From NCBI GenBank assembly GCA_009914755.4, contig CP068257.2, positions 11,616,001 to 11,680,000 on the forward strand: a DNA stretch of 64,000 nt. Direction: 5' to 3'. The stretch is from the human T2T-CHM13v2.0 reference genome, Homo sapiens. Every line of letters begins with the position of its first letter. Position 1 is the stretch's first letter. Below the pieces are notes generated by a model. The model was not told the origin of the DNA. It worked only from the letters and a program-made list of their open reading frames with translations, and did no database searches. Positions 41,680 to 55,731 of this stretch are shown here, in pieces. The translations under genes and the position numbers were made by a program.

Positions 41680-42690
41680 TTGTGTATTGTTGGTAGGAAT
41701 GTAAATTGGTACAGCCATAATGGAAAGAAGTATGGAGGTTTCTCGAAAAATTAAAAATAGAGGGCCGGGCGCAGTGGCTCATGCCTGTAATCCCCAAACT
41801 CTGGGTGGCCAAGGTGGGGGAATCACTTGAGCCCAGGAGTTCAAGACCCACCTGGCCAACATGGTGAAACCCCATCTCTATTAAAAATACAAAAATTGGC
41901 TGGGCATGGTGGTGTTTGTCTGTAATCCCAGCTACTTGGGAGGCTGAGGCATGAAAATCACTTGAACCCAGGAGGCGGGGGTTGTAGTGAGCCAAGATCA
42001 CGCCAGGGTACTCCAGCCAGGGCGAGGGCAAAACTCCATCTCAAAATAAGAAATTAATTTTTTTAATTAAAAATAGAACTACTATATGACCCAGCAATCC
42101 TTCTTCTGGGCATATACCAAAAGGAAATGAAATCGGTACTTCATAAAGATATCTGCACTCCAATGTTCATTGCAGCCAAGATATAGAAACAACGTATCTG
42201 TATATGAATGGCCAGAGAAAGATATCATGATACATATACATATGCACATCATGTAATGGAATATTATTCATCCTTTAAACAAAAGAAGGTGATCCTACCA
42301 TTTGAGACAACATAGATAACCTGGAGAACATTATGCTATGTGAAATAAACCAGGCACATACAAAAAATACTGTGTGATCTCTCTCATGTGGAATCTAAAA
42401 ATATGTTCAATAAACAGATGTAGAGAGTAGGAACAGCAGTTACCAGAGACAAAGTGGGTTGGAGATAAGAAGATACAGGACAAAGGGTATAAAATTGCAA
42501 TTACTTAGGATAACTGTATTTAGGATCTAATATACAGCATGAGGACTCTACCTGGTAATAGTGTATGCCACAAAAAAGTTAACAACATGAGATGAACGAT
42601 ATGTTAATTGTCTTGACAGTAGTAGTTTTAACTATGCATATGTATATCAAAACACTATGTTACACACTTTAATATATAAAATTTGCAGGA
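41680..42690 (+). mobile_element. L1 LINE 3' end (ORF2 C-terminus/3' UTR), 5'-truncated
   Basis: TGTATTGTTGGTAGGAATGTAAATTGGTACAGCCATAATGGAAAGAAGTATGGAGGTTTCTCGAAAAATTAAAAATAGA(Alu)ACTACTATATGACCCAGCAATCC...GCACTCCAATGTTCATTGCAGC...ATGAATGG..ATATCATGATACATATACA.ATG.A.ATCATGTAATGGAATATTATTCA.CC.TTAAA.AAAAGAAG follows the L1 3' end consensus. Confidence 0.85.
41763..42052 (+). mobile_element. Alu SINE inserted into the L1
   Basis: GGCCGGGCGCAGTGGCTCATGCCTGTAATCCCCAAACTCTGGGTGGCCAAGGTGGGGGAATCACTTGAGCCCAGGAGTTCAAGACC... with TSD TTAAAAATAGAG / TTAAAAATAGAAC. Confidence 0.9.
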
Positions 42691-43039
42691 CAAAAAAGTC
42701 CTGCAAATGTTCCTCATGCTCTTTCTACTTCTAGTTCACAGGTTCCAGGATAACCAGATGACTGAGGAATGTTGAAGATTGCAGTGATGGAAGTGCCTCA
42801 GTCAGCCTGGAAGACTGTATGGATGGAGGTTGCCTGGTCACACTGTCATGTCCCTCTCTCCCTGAAAAAGAGACACATTTGCCTTTGTGCAAGGCAATAC
42901 ATACATTTGATCTATGTATACACTTTGGTCTATGCATTCTGTTATTTAACATTCTAATAATGTTGATGACCTTAAAATATGCTTGACAATGATCCTTGTA
43001 AATCATTATTATTCTGCCTTCTGCAAGATAAGAATTATG

Positions 43040-43245
43040 GGCCAGGTATGGCACTTAACGCCTATAATACAAACATTTTGGAAGGCCAAGGCAGGAGGAT
43101 TGCTTGAGCTCAGGAGTTAGAGACCAGCTGGGGCAACATAGTGAGACCTCATCTCTACTAAAAATAAAACAAAAAAAGTTATGAGAGTGACACTGCACTC
43201 CAGCTTGGGTGACAGAGCGAGATCCTGTATCCAAATAAATAAATA
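43040..43245 (+). mobile_element. Old Alu (AluJ-like) with an internal deletion
   Basis: GGGCCAGGTATGGCACTTAACGCCTATAATACAAACATTTTGGAAGGCCAAGGCAGGAGGATTGCTTGAGCTCAGGAGTTAGAGACCAGCTGGGGCAACATAGTGAGACC...CTGCACTCCAGCTTGGGTGACAGAGCGAGATCCTGT. Confidence 0.8.
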
Positions 43246-44974
43246 TCTAATATAGGAATTATCAAATTCAACACATATTAATTATTTTCATATCCATTAA
43301 TGGAAAATAATAATGTGGGGATGATTCTTAAAAGGGATTCTGGAAGTGGCTTCTTCAATTAAATATATTCAAAACTCATTCCCGCTTACTACACAAGTCA
43401 AAGAGGAATTGAAAATGTGTGTGATTCCCACTAAATTATTTTCCTTTCATATGGCTTGATGTTACTGTCTTTGTGGAGTGGCTGAGAAATGTCTCCTTCT
43501 TGCCTTTATCTTCAAAGCCTCTGCCAATGTGAAGTACAGGAGAGAGAGGCAAGAGCAGGGCCCACTAGTGGATTCAGCTCAGCCTTATTCCCCAGGGGAA
43601 AACACATTCTTTTTCACTTTCCTGAGCTGCCTTATCTGATAAAAATGATTCTTACATCTCCCAGCAATGCCTTCTGATTGTAATGTAGTTTATGCCACTG
43701 GTTTGCCTATTTCTCAAATATAAACCTACACACACGTACACACATTTGGCCTTAGCCTTTCTAATTCCACTCTCATCAGGACAGATTGCACACCTGTAAA
43801 CATTCTTAGATCAACTCCAGTAATCAATCCACATTCATGTAACCCCTGCAGAATAAAGATCATTGGAGACCCTCAAGATTGACTTCCCATTTAAACCGTA
43901 AGAAAACAAGACCCCAATGTGTCAGCTGCAGAACCACAATAAGGACCCGAGTCCCATGTCTTATTGTTCAGTGGTTTTTCTAAGTTTCAAGTCTTCTTCT
44001 CAGTAATGGTAAATACTCTCTACGGCCATATCATCCTGAACATGCACAATCTCATTAACGATGGCAAATACTTTCTTCCAGATGCTGATGTGGAAAACCT
44101 AATGTTCATCCTTGATTAATATTTTTCTCTTACATCACATATCTCACCCACCCCTGTACCACCTGTTTCAAGCCATCATCACTTTACACCTGCATTATTG
44201 CAATATCCTCCTAAGAAGCTGCTCTTTTTTTTCACCACCTCCAACATCAGCTCTTAACACAGCAGCCAAAATGACCATTTTAAAATAAAAGTTAGATCAT
44301 CTCTCTCTCTCAGTATAAACCCTCTTTCTCAGAGTAAAAGCCAGGTCTAACAATGACACCTCATAATTGTCCATCTTATCTCCTGACCTCATTTCTTACC
44401 TCTCTCCTTCTCTATCTCTTTTCCTTATACCCTGGAATCCTTGAACTTGATCCAGACTCAGGACCTCTGCCTGGAACATTCTACTCTCTGATAGCTCTAG
44501 AACTAGAATATAAGGTAAATAACACTTGCTGATTTGAAAAATATACTACAAACCTAAGTGGTTTAATACAATGTCTTTTTTTTTTTGGCTAATATTACAG
44601 TCCAGTGAGAATATGACAGCACCTCTGGTTAGCTCTCTTCTAAGCAGAGATTACGTCCTTGATTTTGGTCCCAAAGAGAGAAAGAAAAAGCAAGGAGAAG
44701 AGTACAGTGAGTTTTAAGAGTCTGACCTGTAAATGGCCTATATTTTTCCTTCCCACATTTCAACAACTACTGCTCAGTCTCATGACTAATCTATCTGCAA
44801 AGAGATAAATTCAGAAGCACAAAGCTAGCCTAAATATTAGAATGCCCCCCTCTAGATCTCTGCCACATTAGTCCCCTGCTTTCCTTAGGAAGACAAGGAA
44901 AACTTTTTCTGGCTACCCTGCTTAAAAGAGCAGCACTTCCTAAATTAAACGTTGCTCAGTGATCTCCAATCCTG

Positions 44975-45364
<390 letters not shown>

Positions 45365-46329
45365 TAGACAAGAAAATGCATATAAACTGAGTGGAATTGA
45401 TCAAACCTTGTCATCCTGCTTCCTTAAAATGCCTGTGTGCTGTTCTCTACACCCTTTCTTCAACCACCAACTGAACACAGGGTTCTAGAGTTCTCAGGAG
45501 GGCAGATACAAGAGAGCAGGAGGGTGGGTTCCTGAATGACCACATGGAAGGCTTCCCACTAATAAGAAATCTTAGTATTGGACTTCACATAAACACTGAG
45601 AAAATGGCTCTTTGGGAAGCCACTAAAATTTTTTGATTTATCTATTATAGCAGTTAGTTATAGCCTTCCCATTTCAATGTCCTATTTCTCTGAATGTGCT
45701 TTATTTAAAACCACATCACTTATCACCATCTGACATATTCTGTATTTGCCTGTCACTTTTTCTCCTGTATCTTCTGTCCAGAGAAAGTGTTGGCCAACTA
45801 TAACCCAAGAGCCAAATCTAGCTTGCTTCCTGTTTTCATATGTAATTATTTTTTGGAATATAGCCACAGCTATTAATTTCTGTATTCAGAGAGGAGGAGC
45901 TGTGTCTATGCTACAACAGGAGAGTTCAGTAGTTGCAACAGAGAAACTGTATGATCTACAAACAATATTTACTATCTGGCCCTTTACAGAAACAGTTTGC
46001 CAATGTTTGTACTAGAATGTAAACTCCAAGAATGTAAAACCTTTGTCTCTTTAGTTTGCTGTTATATACCCAGCATTAGAACAGTCTCTGGTCCATTGCA
46101 GGTATTCATATAATATTTGTTAAATGCATAAATGAATAAGTGAATGAGTGTGCAGTAGGCCAAAAATGTTCCAGAAAAAAAATTCATATCTAAATTTCTT
46201 GAACCTCTGAATATTACCTTACATGAAAAATCAGACAAACAAAAATCAATCATTGCATGTGATTAAGTTAAAGATCTTGACCTAAAAGATTATCCAGTAT
46301 TAGCCAGATGGACTCGAAATACAATCACA

Positions 46330-46640
46330 TGTATCTGTATAAGAGGGAAGCAGAAAGAAATTTGACCACACAGACAGAAAAGGAGAGGGGATGTGATCAC
46401 ACAGGCAGAGGTTAGACTGATGTACCACAAGCCAATGAATGTTGGTGGCCACTAGAAATATTATCTAAAGGATTAGGAATTATCTGTTTAGAACTTTCCT
46501 GATGGCCACACCCTCTAAACCCCCTGATACTGATTTCAGATTTATGACATCCACAACTGTAAAAGAATAAATTTCTCCTGTTTAAGCCACCAAGTTTCCA
46601 GTAATTTGTTACAGAGGCAGCAGGAAACCAATACAGAGGG
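46330..46640 (+). mobile_element. Old ERVL-class solo LTR (MLT2-like 3' end), tentative
   Basis: The 3' part reads ...GACATCCACAACTGTAAAAGAATAAATTTCTCCTGTTTAAGCCACCAAGTTTCCAGTAATTTGTTACAGAGGCAGCAGGAAACCAATACAG. This resembles the ...AACTGTGAGAAATAAATTTCTGTTGTTTAAGCCACCCAGTCTATGGTATTTTGTTATAGCAGCCC... tail of MLT2-type LTRs. Confidence 0.4.
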
Positions 46641-49600
46641 GAAAGTGACTTAAAACTACTTCTAATTCCAAGATAATGCTCAAAATGCTCATGCAAAAAC
46701 TACTTCTTGTGTCAACATTCAGTCTATATAAGTGCTCTTGAAATTAATTATCACTATAATTCAGTCTCATGAGGAAAAATATTTTGGCTTTTTTTGTGAA
46801 CCAAAAATTTATAGCAATTCATAAGTTATAGTTTATGGATGAAATTAAACATATTTGAGATTATTTTTATATTAGCACTTTATAAATCAGTTGCTGAAAT
46901 AGTCTGTTTTGAAATATTAGATATAACTGCCAGGAATAATTCTGATATTTTCTTTAACATATTTTAGTCATTTCTTGAATTGCATTGTTTTATGATCATA
47001 AATTCTCAAACTAATAAAATTAATTGCTGTTGAAAAATAAGAATTGTGAATGTCTTCTGGGTGAAGGCTGAGCATGTAAAAAGTTTTTTTTTTTCCTTAA
47101 TAAAATGAGACTCAGGGGAGGAAGTTCCCTTCTTCTCCTTCAGAGAATGTGGTCATGATCATTTCTCCCTGCAAAGATCTGGAAAGGCTGCAGCCGTTTT
47201 GGAAATATGGACTTACACTTGGCTGATAGGCTGAGTCTGGGAGAGTGCAAAGATGAAAAAACACCTAGCACATGGATCGTGTCACTGAGCTACTGAATCA
47301 ATCATGGAACCACGCTCCATCTGTACTTTGTGTTCTCTCATAGAATAAATATTCACTTTGGGTTGTGTATCCGTTACTTGAAGCTAAAAATCTCCCCATG
47401 TAGGCAATGATCACTACAATGGGTTACTTACGTTTCTGAGTAATGTATTCATTTAATGAAAAAAAGATAGAGCAAAGTCCTCAATCATATTTATCAATTA
47501 ACAAGGGTCTGACTAAATCTACTTGAGGTTCCAGGGAAATAACATGGGAACCAAGATATTTAATTGTCCATCTGCCATTTGAGGATTTTTTTCCCCCACA
47601 TAAGGAATCAATTTGTGTAGCCATGATGGTGACTTCAGCTGATGCCACTATTGAGCACTGGCTGTACTGTTTAAATGATATACTAAAATGGACAAATGGG
47701 CAGAAGCTTCTTCACACAGAGCAAATCTATCTCTGGTTTGCATGGTAACTTTCATGCCTGTAGTAGAATAAACTTCAATATATCCTTTTTATAAAATTGC
47801 TCTGAAAATGGAAGACATCTTAAAATGTTGGCATGCACTCAATAAGGTGGTATTCTCTCCAAATTTAATATAAAATTAATGTTTTAAAATTGACAACATC
47901 TTTTAATCTACAAAATACATGTGCCCCACTCCAGACCTACTGCCACATTGACCCTATACCTACTAATCTAACAAATAGTGAGCTTGTTTGGATTTTGCCA
48001 AAAGCAAATATTTAAACATGAGAACAGTTAATATTCCCAATTGCTGCTTCATATAAAACTAAGCTAGCATTAATTTTATCTCCCTGTCTTGTTCCTTGTG
48101 CACTGTTCTGGCTCTGTAGGAATACTAGACTTTGCATGAGAAAACTAAGGATTCAACTGAAGATCATTTATTAAGTTGGTGATTTATTTAAGTACATTTA
48201 TTGTCATTGTTTTGCAACACATAATACAATTTCCAAAATAACTAGGAATTGTTTTCTTCTATTTTATATTGTTTTTTGAATTTCCTCTATGAAGGAATCA
48301 TTTAACCTTCCAGTTTATGCACTATATTTTTTACCTCATTTTGCAACAGAAATGTTTTGAAAGTTGTAGTCTGAAACCCAGAATTCAGTCTTAGCTCCAC
48401 AACTTAGTAGTTACTTAGCTCTTCCAATCTGTGCATTTGCATATGTTTGGGGATAACCGTAATTAAGATACCTTACCTTAAGTGGTAAGATTTGGGGATT
48501 AAATGACAAAATCAGAAAAGTCTTTGTTTGTGTTTACGTTCTGTATACAGATGTTCCTAGGTTTTGTTACAATTGTAATAAAAATAACAAAATCAATGTG
48601 GTGATAATAATGTCTTATGTATAGCAAGAAACTGAGTAATTAAATTTTGTCTTCTAATATCCAAACAATGACCAAATTGGGTGTGCCCCAAATTTTTTAT
48701 TGAGACTGAATAGACAATGTAATAATATTAAGAGATGGGGTATTTAGAAGGTGATGAAGGGATTCGGGCCCTTATAAATGGGTTTGAGGGTGTGGGTTTG
48801 TTCCCTTCTGTACCTTCTACATGTGAGGACATGGTGTTCCTTCCCTTCTGAGGAAGCAGCAACAAGGCTACATTCAGTTCTTTTACAATGGTTTCTTCTT
48901 TTATCTCTTACATAGTTTCATTCTAAGACAGAATAAGGAATGACATATTCTGTGAGTTTTTGCATGATTAAGTATGCCAGTACTGCCATTTTGTACTTGG
49001 ATAACAACTTGCCTGGTTATAATATTCTTGAGACACACTTGTTCCCTTAGAATTTTGTAAATATTGTTCTATTATCTTCTGGCACTTTATTTTTCCATGG
49101 AGGCATTTGTGCCCAGCCAGATTTATCCCCTTTGTAAGCTCTTGGATACCTGATGAATTCTTTCTTTATCCTTGAAATTCAATCACTTTACCAGAGTGTC
49201 ATAAAATTGGTTCTTCTAATGAATTTCTTGAGAACAGTGTACCTCTTTAAGTCTATGAGTATTATTTTACATTTTAGAAATATTTTCTTCTATTACATAA
49301 TTATTCTTTTTAATTTCACTTGTTGGGCTTTTTTGCTGGTGAATCATTTACCTTTATTTTGGATCCACATTTCCTGTATACCATTAACGTTAACTTCTTT
49401 CTGATTACTTTTTTTTACCCCTTTATTTCACTGAGACTACTTCATGGCTTTTTCTGTTACTAATTTTGTCATCCACACTGTCTAATCTGTTTTCTATGGT
49501 TTCCATTTAATTATCTCTGTAATGTTGTCATTTTGGTTCTCTGCTCAATTAACTTTACAATTGTCTGTTGAGTTTATTCACATTGCTTATATATTTGATG

Positions 49601-49739
49601 TCTTTTTAAATTAAAGATTACATTCTCTTTCATTTTTCTTTTGTGAAAATGTTCTTCTGTTTTTTTCTCAGTTTTGTAAGAATAACTTAGGCTCTTTTTG
49701 TGCTTTACATCTGTCTTCATTTTTAATGTAGTATTTTGC

Positions 49740-50058
49740 ATGCTTGCATGACTTGCATGCTAGCATGACAACCAAAGAAAAATTACCAATATTAGAAATG
49801 AAAGTTGGAACATCACTAACTAGTCTATAGACATTAAAAGCACATTAAAGGGATAATATTAATAACTCTATGATAAAAAATATTATAACTTAGATAAAAT
49901 AAAACAATTTCTCAAAATACACAAGCTTCTGAAATGCAAACAAGAGTCATTAGATCATCTAAATAGGTCTATATCTATTAAGTACATTGAATCAATTTAT
50001 TAGTCACAATACACTAGAGAAACAGAATCAAAACAAAAATCAAAAGAATAATCCACCT
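49740..50058 (+). mobile_element. Old L1 (L1M-type) ORF2 fragment, upstream half of an L1 split by the MaLR/ERVL insertions
   Basis: Translates approximately ...KFLKIHKLLKCKQESLDHLNRSISIKYIESIY.SQYTRET..., like L1 ORF2 ...[46 protein letters not shown].... The same ORF2 resumes at 61298. Confidence 0.65.
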
Positions 50059-51799
50059 ATCTATCTGATGGTTTGGCTCTGTGTCCCTACCCAAATCTCA
50101 CCTTGAATTGTAATAATCTCCCTATGTCAAGGGTGGGACCAGGTAGAGGTATTTGGATCATGGGGGCTATTTCCCCCATGCTGTTCTCATGAAAATCAGT
50201 GAGTCTCACAAGGTCTATAAAGGTTTATAAACACCTGGTATTTCCCTTGCTTGAACTCATTTTTCTCTCCCACCACCCTGCAAAGAGGTGTCTTCCTCCA
50301 TGATTGTAAGTTTCCTGAGACCTCCAAGCCATGCAGAACTGTGAGTCAATTAAACCTCTTTTCTTTATAAGTCATCCAGCCTCAGGTATTTCTTCACAGG
50401 AGCATGAGAACAAACTAATGTAGTAAGTTGGTATCAGGAGTGGGGTGCTTCTGTAAAGATAAGCAAAAAAGTGGAAGCAACTTTGGAACTAGGTAACAGG
50501 CAGAGGTTGGAACAGTTTAGAGGGCTCAGAAAAACACAGGAAACTATGGTAAAGTTTGAGACTTCTTAGGGACTTGAAGGGTTCATAAGACAGAAAGATG
50601 TGGGAAAGTTTCAAACTTCCTATAGACTTGGTGAATGGCTTTTATCAAAATGCTGTTAGTGATTTGGACAATGAAGTCCAGGCTGAGGTGGTCTCAGATG
50701 GAGATGAGGAACTTCTTGGGAACTGTAGTAAAGGTCACTCTTGCTATGCTTAACAAAGAGATTGGTGGAATTTTGCCCCTGCCCTAGAGATCTGTGGAGC
50801 TTTGAATTTGAGAAAGATGATTTAGGGTATCTGGCAGAAGAAATTTCCTAGGGGCTAAACATTCAAGAAGAAGCAGAGAACAAAAGCTTGGAAAGTTTGC
50901 AGCCTGGTAATGTGATAGGAAAAAAAATATATATATATATATTTTCTGGGGATAAATTCAAGCCTGTTGCAGAAATTTACATAAGTAACAAGGAGCTGAA
51001 TGTTAATCACCAATACAATGTGGAAAATGTCTCCAGGTCATGTCAGAGACCTTCATGGTAGCCCCCACCATCACAGGCTTGGAGGCCTAAGAGAGAAAAA
51101 GAATTGTTTTATGGGCCATCAGGGCCCTCTTGCTGTGTGCAGCCTAGGGTCTTGGTACCCTGTATCCCAGCTGCTTCAGCCACGGCTAAAAGGAGCCAAG
51201 GTACAGCTCAGGCCATGATTTCAAAGCATGCAAGCCCCAAGTCTTTGTCAGCTTCTATGTGTGTTGACCCTGTGGATGCCCAGAAGTCAAGAACTGAGGT
51301 TTGGGAACCTTTGCCTAGATTTCAGAGGATGTATGGAAACACCTGGATGTCCAGGCAGAAGTTTGCTGCAGGGATGGGGCCCTCATGGAGAACCTCTGCT
51401 AGGGCAGTATGGAAGGGAATTGTGGGGTCAGAGTTCTCACACAGAGTCCTCACCAGGGCACTGCCTAATGGAGATGTGAGAAGAGGGCCACCATCTTCCA
51501 GACCCCAGAATGGTAGATATACCTTCAGCTTTCACTGTATGCCTGGAAAAGAGACAGACACTTAATGCCAGCCTGTGATAGAGACAGGGAAGGGGGATGT
51601 ACCCTGCAAAGGCAGTGGGGCAAAGCTGCCCAAGGTCATGGGCACCCACCTCTGGCATTAGCATGACCTGGATGTGAGACATGGAGTCAAAGGAGATAAT
51701 TTTGGAAATTTAAGGTTTAATGTCTGCCCTATTAGATTTCAGACTTGCATAGAGCCTGTATGTATTAGTCAGGGTTCTCCAGAGGAATAGAACTAATAG

Positions 51800-51802
<3 letters not shown>

Positions 51803-51866
<64 letters not shown>
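51803..51866. repeat. (TA)n microsatellite, about 32 units, inside the provirus LTR
   Basis: An uninterrupted atatat... run. It sits where the MLT1-type LTR consensus carries a short TATATA. Confidence 0.9.
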
Positions 51867-51869
<3 letters not shown>

Positions 51870-52682
51870 TAAGCCAGTCCAAGTCTCAAAGCTAAAGAAC
51901 TTGGAGTCTGATGTTCAAAGGAAGGAAGCATCCAGAACAGGAGAAAGATGTAGGTTGGAGGCTAAGCCCATCTAGACTTTTCATGTTTTTCTGCCTGTTT
52001 CATATCCTGACCACACGGGCAGCTGACTAGATGGTGCCCACCCAGATTAAGGGTGGGTCTGCCTTTCCCAGCCCACTGACTCAAATGTTAATCTCCTTTG
52101 GCAACACCCTCACAAACATACCCAGGATCAATACTTTGCATCCTTCAATCCAATCAAGTTGACACTCAGTATTAACCATCACAAGTCCACCTTTGTCAAC
52201 TTGAACCCATCCACATCACCTGAGATCAAACATAATCTTCAAATAAAGACAATAATAAGATCATAATTACACCTAACATAATACAACTATCATTGGTACA
52301 ACCAGAACTACATCAATTCCCAACCCAAATGCTATTACATAAAGTTAACAATACTTAAATGCTAGCATGAAGTCAATAAATCCTATGTAACCTGATAAAG
52401 GAAAAAAGGAATAAAATGGAGATATTTTCTTAGTACAAGTGCACACATGCACAAATAGTTTTTAACAAAAGGAGGAAATACTTATAACAATTACAGTCCT
52501 TGTTTCTGCAACTGGTCACGTGGTCATAGCCGGTATTGATGACTACCTTCTACTACCCATTCTGTATTCCCTTTGCCTTCAGCAAGCACCTCAGCAGGTT
52601 GTGGGTTTTTTCCTGGTGGAGTGACATAAAACTCCATTCCTGAAGGGTCTGGGCCATTTGTAGTCCTGCCTGGGTTGGGCTT

Positions 52683-53150
52683 TTACAGTTTCTCATTGAC
52701 CTTAATCACAGAGCATGGTAATACTAAGAGATGCCCTAATGGATCTCCTGTATTCCATGCATACTCTTCTTTACCTCTGTTGTAAAGTAGTAGGTAGATT
52801 TCATCTTGATAGTCCAGTTCAGTCACCCCAGCCAACACTGTAACTCCCTTCTTACCCTCTTGGCTGAAAGGTAGGAGGAGCCCAAAGTGTCCAAGTGGCA
52901 TTCTTAACTTACAATTTAATGAAATCATTGTTGTGTCTCCTGGTAGCAGCATTCGTCCCTCTGAAATTAAGAGATCTAGGCCAGCAGAATGTAATGTCAT
53001 GGTAACAGGAAGCAAAAAATTTGCTAGTGGACCACTAGGGGTGATGGCAAGTGATGCCACTTCCACATCCACCCCTTGATTCCTGGACCCATGAATTCTG
53101 GCTATGAGAGAAATAGTACCATATGTTGGATGCTGATTCAGAGCATACAC
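52683..53150 (-). pseudogene. Retroviral dUTPase domain remnant (ERVL pol 3' end)
   Basis: The ORF reads ...HSAGLDLL...LLPGDTTMISLNCKLRMPLGHFGLLLP...VTVLAGVTELDYQDEIYLLLYNRGKEEYAWNTGDPLGHLLVLP..., carrying dUTPase motifs AG.DL, P.G.FG.I and G.ID.DY.GE...GD. A dUTPase downstream of integrase is characteristic of ERVL. Confidence 0.8.
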
Positions 53151-53171
53151 AGCCTTCTGGAGAACTTTGCC

Positions 53172-53954
53172 TCAGCCCTGCAAAGTATGGTCATCTAGTT
53201 GGCATTGTAATTGTGACTTCAAAAGGCCGTTCCACCATTCTGTCAATCCAGCTGCTTCAGGATAATGGGCAACATGGTAAGACCAGTGAATTTCATGAGC
53301 ATTTGCCCACTGTCGCAAGTGAGTGCCTTGGTCAGAGGCAATGCTGTGTGGAATACCACAACGGTGGATAAGGCATTCTGTGAGTCCATGGATGGTAGTT
53401 TTGGCAGAAGCACTGGGTGCGGGATAAGCAAACCTATATCTGGAATAAGTGTCTATTCCAGTGAGGACAAACCTCTGCTCTTTCCATGAGGGAAGAGATC
53501 CAATATAATCAACCTGCCACCAGGTAGCTTGTTGATCACCCCGAGAAATATTGCCATATTGAGGGCTCAGTGTTGATCTCTGCTGCTGGTAAACTGGGCA
53601 CTCAGCAGTGGCCATAGCCAGGTCAGCTTGGGGCAGTGGAAGTCCGTGTTGCTGAGCTCATGCATAACCTCCTTTGCTGCCACCATGGCCACTTTGTTCA
53701 TGGGCCCATGGGGCAATGACAGGTGTGGCTGTGGAAAGAGACTGAGTAGTGTCCACAGAAAAGGTCATCCTATCCAATTGATCATTAAAATTCTCTTCTG
53801 CTGAGATCACACGTTGGTGAGCACTCACTTTGGATACAAATATCTTCACAGTTTTTGGCCACTCTGAGAGGTATATACACATACCTCTTCCCCAAATTCC
53901 CTTGTCATCAATTTTCCAATTATGCTTCTTCCAAGTGCCTGACCATCCAGCCAA
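53172..53954 (-). pseudogene. Retroviral integrase remnant (zinc-finger N-terminus plus DDE core)
   Basis: ...AHQRVISAEENFNDQLDRMTFSVDT...WAHEQSGHGG... (HHCC region). Then ...WWQVDYIGSLPSWKEQRFVLTGIDTYSRYRFAYP...KTTIHGLTECLIHRCGIPHSIASDQGTHL... (catalytic core). These lie in two adjacent minus-strand ORFs. Confidence 0.85.
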
Positions 53955-54436
53955 ACCATTAGCTACAGCCTATGAATCAGTATACAATGGCACTACTGGC
54001 TATTTCTCTTTCCATGCAAAGTGCACAACCAGGTATACTCTTCAAAGTTCTGCCCACTGGGAAGATTTGCCTTCACCACTGTCCTTCAGGGATAGGGGCT
54101 ATAGAGCTGCAGCTGTCCACTTTCAGGTGGTGCCTGCATATCGTGCATAACCATCTGTGAACCAAGCCCTAGTCTTCTCTTCCTCTGTCAACTGATCATA
54201 GGGAACTCCCCATGAGGCCATCAGTGCAGGCTAAGGGAAAGAAGGCAAGGTGGCAGGAGTGGAGACCATGGGCATTTGAGCTACTTTCTCAGGTAATTTA
54301 CTTGTGTCTTCAGGACCTGCTTAAGCCAGATCACATATACACCACTTTAATTTGATGACTGGATGCTGAATGCTGCTGTGCATGGTCCCCTTGATGGGAT
54401 GATGGCTCAGAAAGCACCCAGTTCATAATAAGCAAT

Positions 54437-55731
54437 TCAGGTCACATGGTTGACTTGATGAGCCATAGTCAAAAGTTCAGTTTCCACCAAAGCCCAGTAA
54501 CAGGCCAAGAGCTGTCTCTCAAAAGGAGAGTAGTTATCTGCAGAAGATGGCAGGGCCTTGCTAGAAAATCCTAGAGGCCCCTGCTGTGATTGACCTATGG
54601 GGGCCTGCCAAAGGCTCCAAACAGCATTCCTATCTGCCACTGGCACCTCAAGCACCTTTGTATCTGCTGGGCCATATGGCCCAAGTGGCAGAGCAGCTTG
54701 CATAGCAGCCTGGACCTGTTGCAGAGCCTTCTTGTGTTCTGGTTCCCACTCAAAACTGGAAACCTTTTGGGTCAGTCAGTAAATGGGCAAGAATAACACA
54801 ACCAAATGAGGAATGTGTTGCCTCCAAAATCCAAATAGGCACAAAACCACTAAGCGTTGTGCCTTTTTCTTGCTTGTAGAAAGGGCCAAGTGCAGCAACT
54901 TATCCTTTACCATAGAAGGAATGTCTCAATATGTCCAACACCACTAGACAACTAGACCCCTAGAAATTTTACTGAGGTAGAAGGTCCCTGAATTTTAGTC
55001 AGATTTATTTCCCATCCTCTGGTATGCAAATGTCTTACCAATAAGTCCAGGATGTTTGCTACTTCTTGCTCACTGGGTCCAATCAGCATAATGTCATTAA
55101 TGTAACAAACCAGTGTGATATGTTTGTGGAAGTGAAAAGTGATCAAAGTCTCTTTGAATAAGATTATGATCCAAAGTCAGAGAGTTCATATACCCCTGAG
55201 GTAGAACAGTAAAGGTATATTTCCTGTAAAGGTATATTTACATTGCCAGCTGAAGGCAAATTGCTTCCAATGGACAAGAATGGAGAAAAAGGCATTTGCC
55301 AAGTTAATGGCTGCATGCAAGATACCAGCAGACGTGTTAATTTGCTCAAGTAATAAAACCACATCTGGTAGAGCTGCTGCAATTGGAGTCACCATTTGGT
55401 TAAGCTTACAATAATCCACTGTCATTCTCCTAGATCCATCTGTCTTCCCCACAGGCCAAATAGGACAGTTGAACAGGGATGTAGTGGGAATCACCACTCC
55501 TGCATCTTTCAAGTCCTTAAGGGTGTCACTAATCTCTGTAATCTTTCCACGGATGCAATATTGTTTTTGATTTATGATTTTTCTAGGTAGAGGCAGGTCT
55601 AATGGCTTCCATTTGGCCCTTCTCACCATAATAGCCCTCACCCTGCCAGTCAGAAAGCCAATGCGGGGGTTCTGCCAGCTGTGAAGTATGTCTATGCCAA
55701 TTATGCATTCTGGCACTGAAGAAATGACCAC
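54437..55731 (-). pseudogene. Reverse transcriptase / RNase H remnant with protease C-terminus (ERVL pol)
   Basis: ...KWKPLDLPLPRKIINQKQYCIRGKITEISDTLKDLKDAGVVIPTTSLFNCPIWPVGKTDGSRRMTVDYCKLNQMVTPIAAALPDVVLLLEQINTSAGILHAAINLANAFFSI...KQFAFSWQ.. is the RT N-terminus. ...[50 protein letters not shown] is a degraded YXDD region. ...FSSKALPSSADNYSPFERQLLACYWALVETE is the RNase H/connection region. Frameshifts and stops interrupt it. Confidence 0.85.

Noticed and set aside
51104-51565. 153-aa ORF inside 50.4-51.7 kb as a possible host gene
   Set aside because: It sits in the internal region of the MaLR element (between its 5' LTR/PBS and the ERVL insertion). It resembles the usual MST/THE1 internal sequence and is not a cellular exon.
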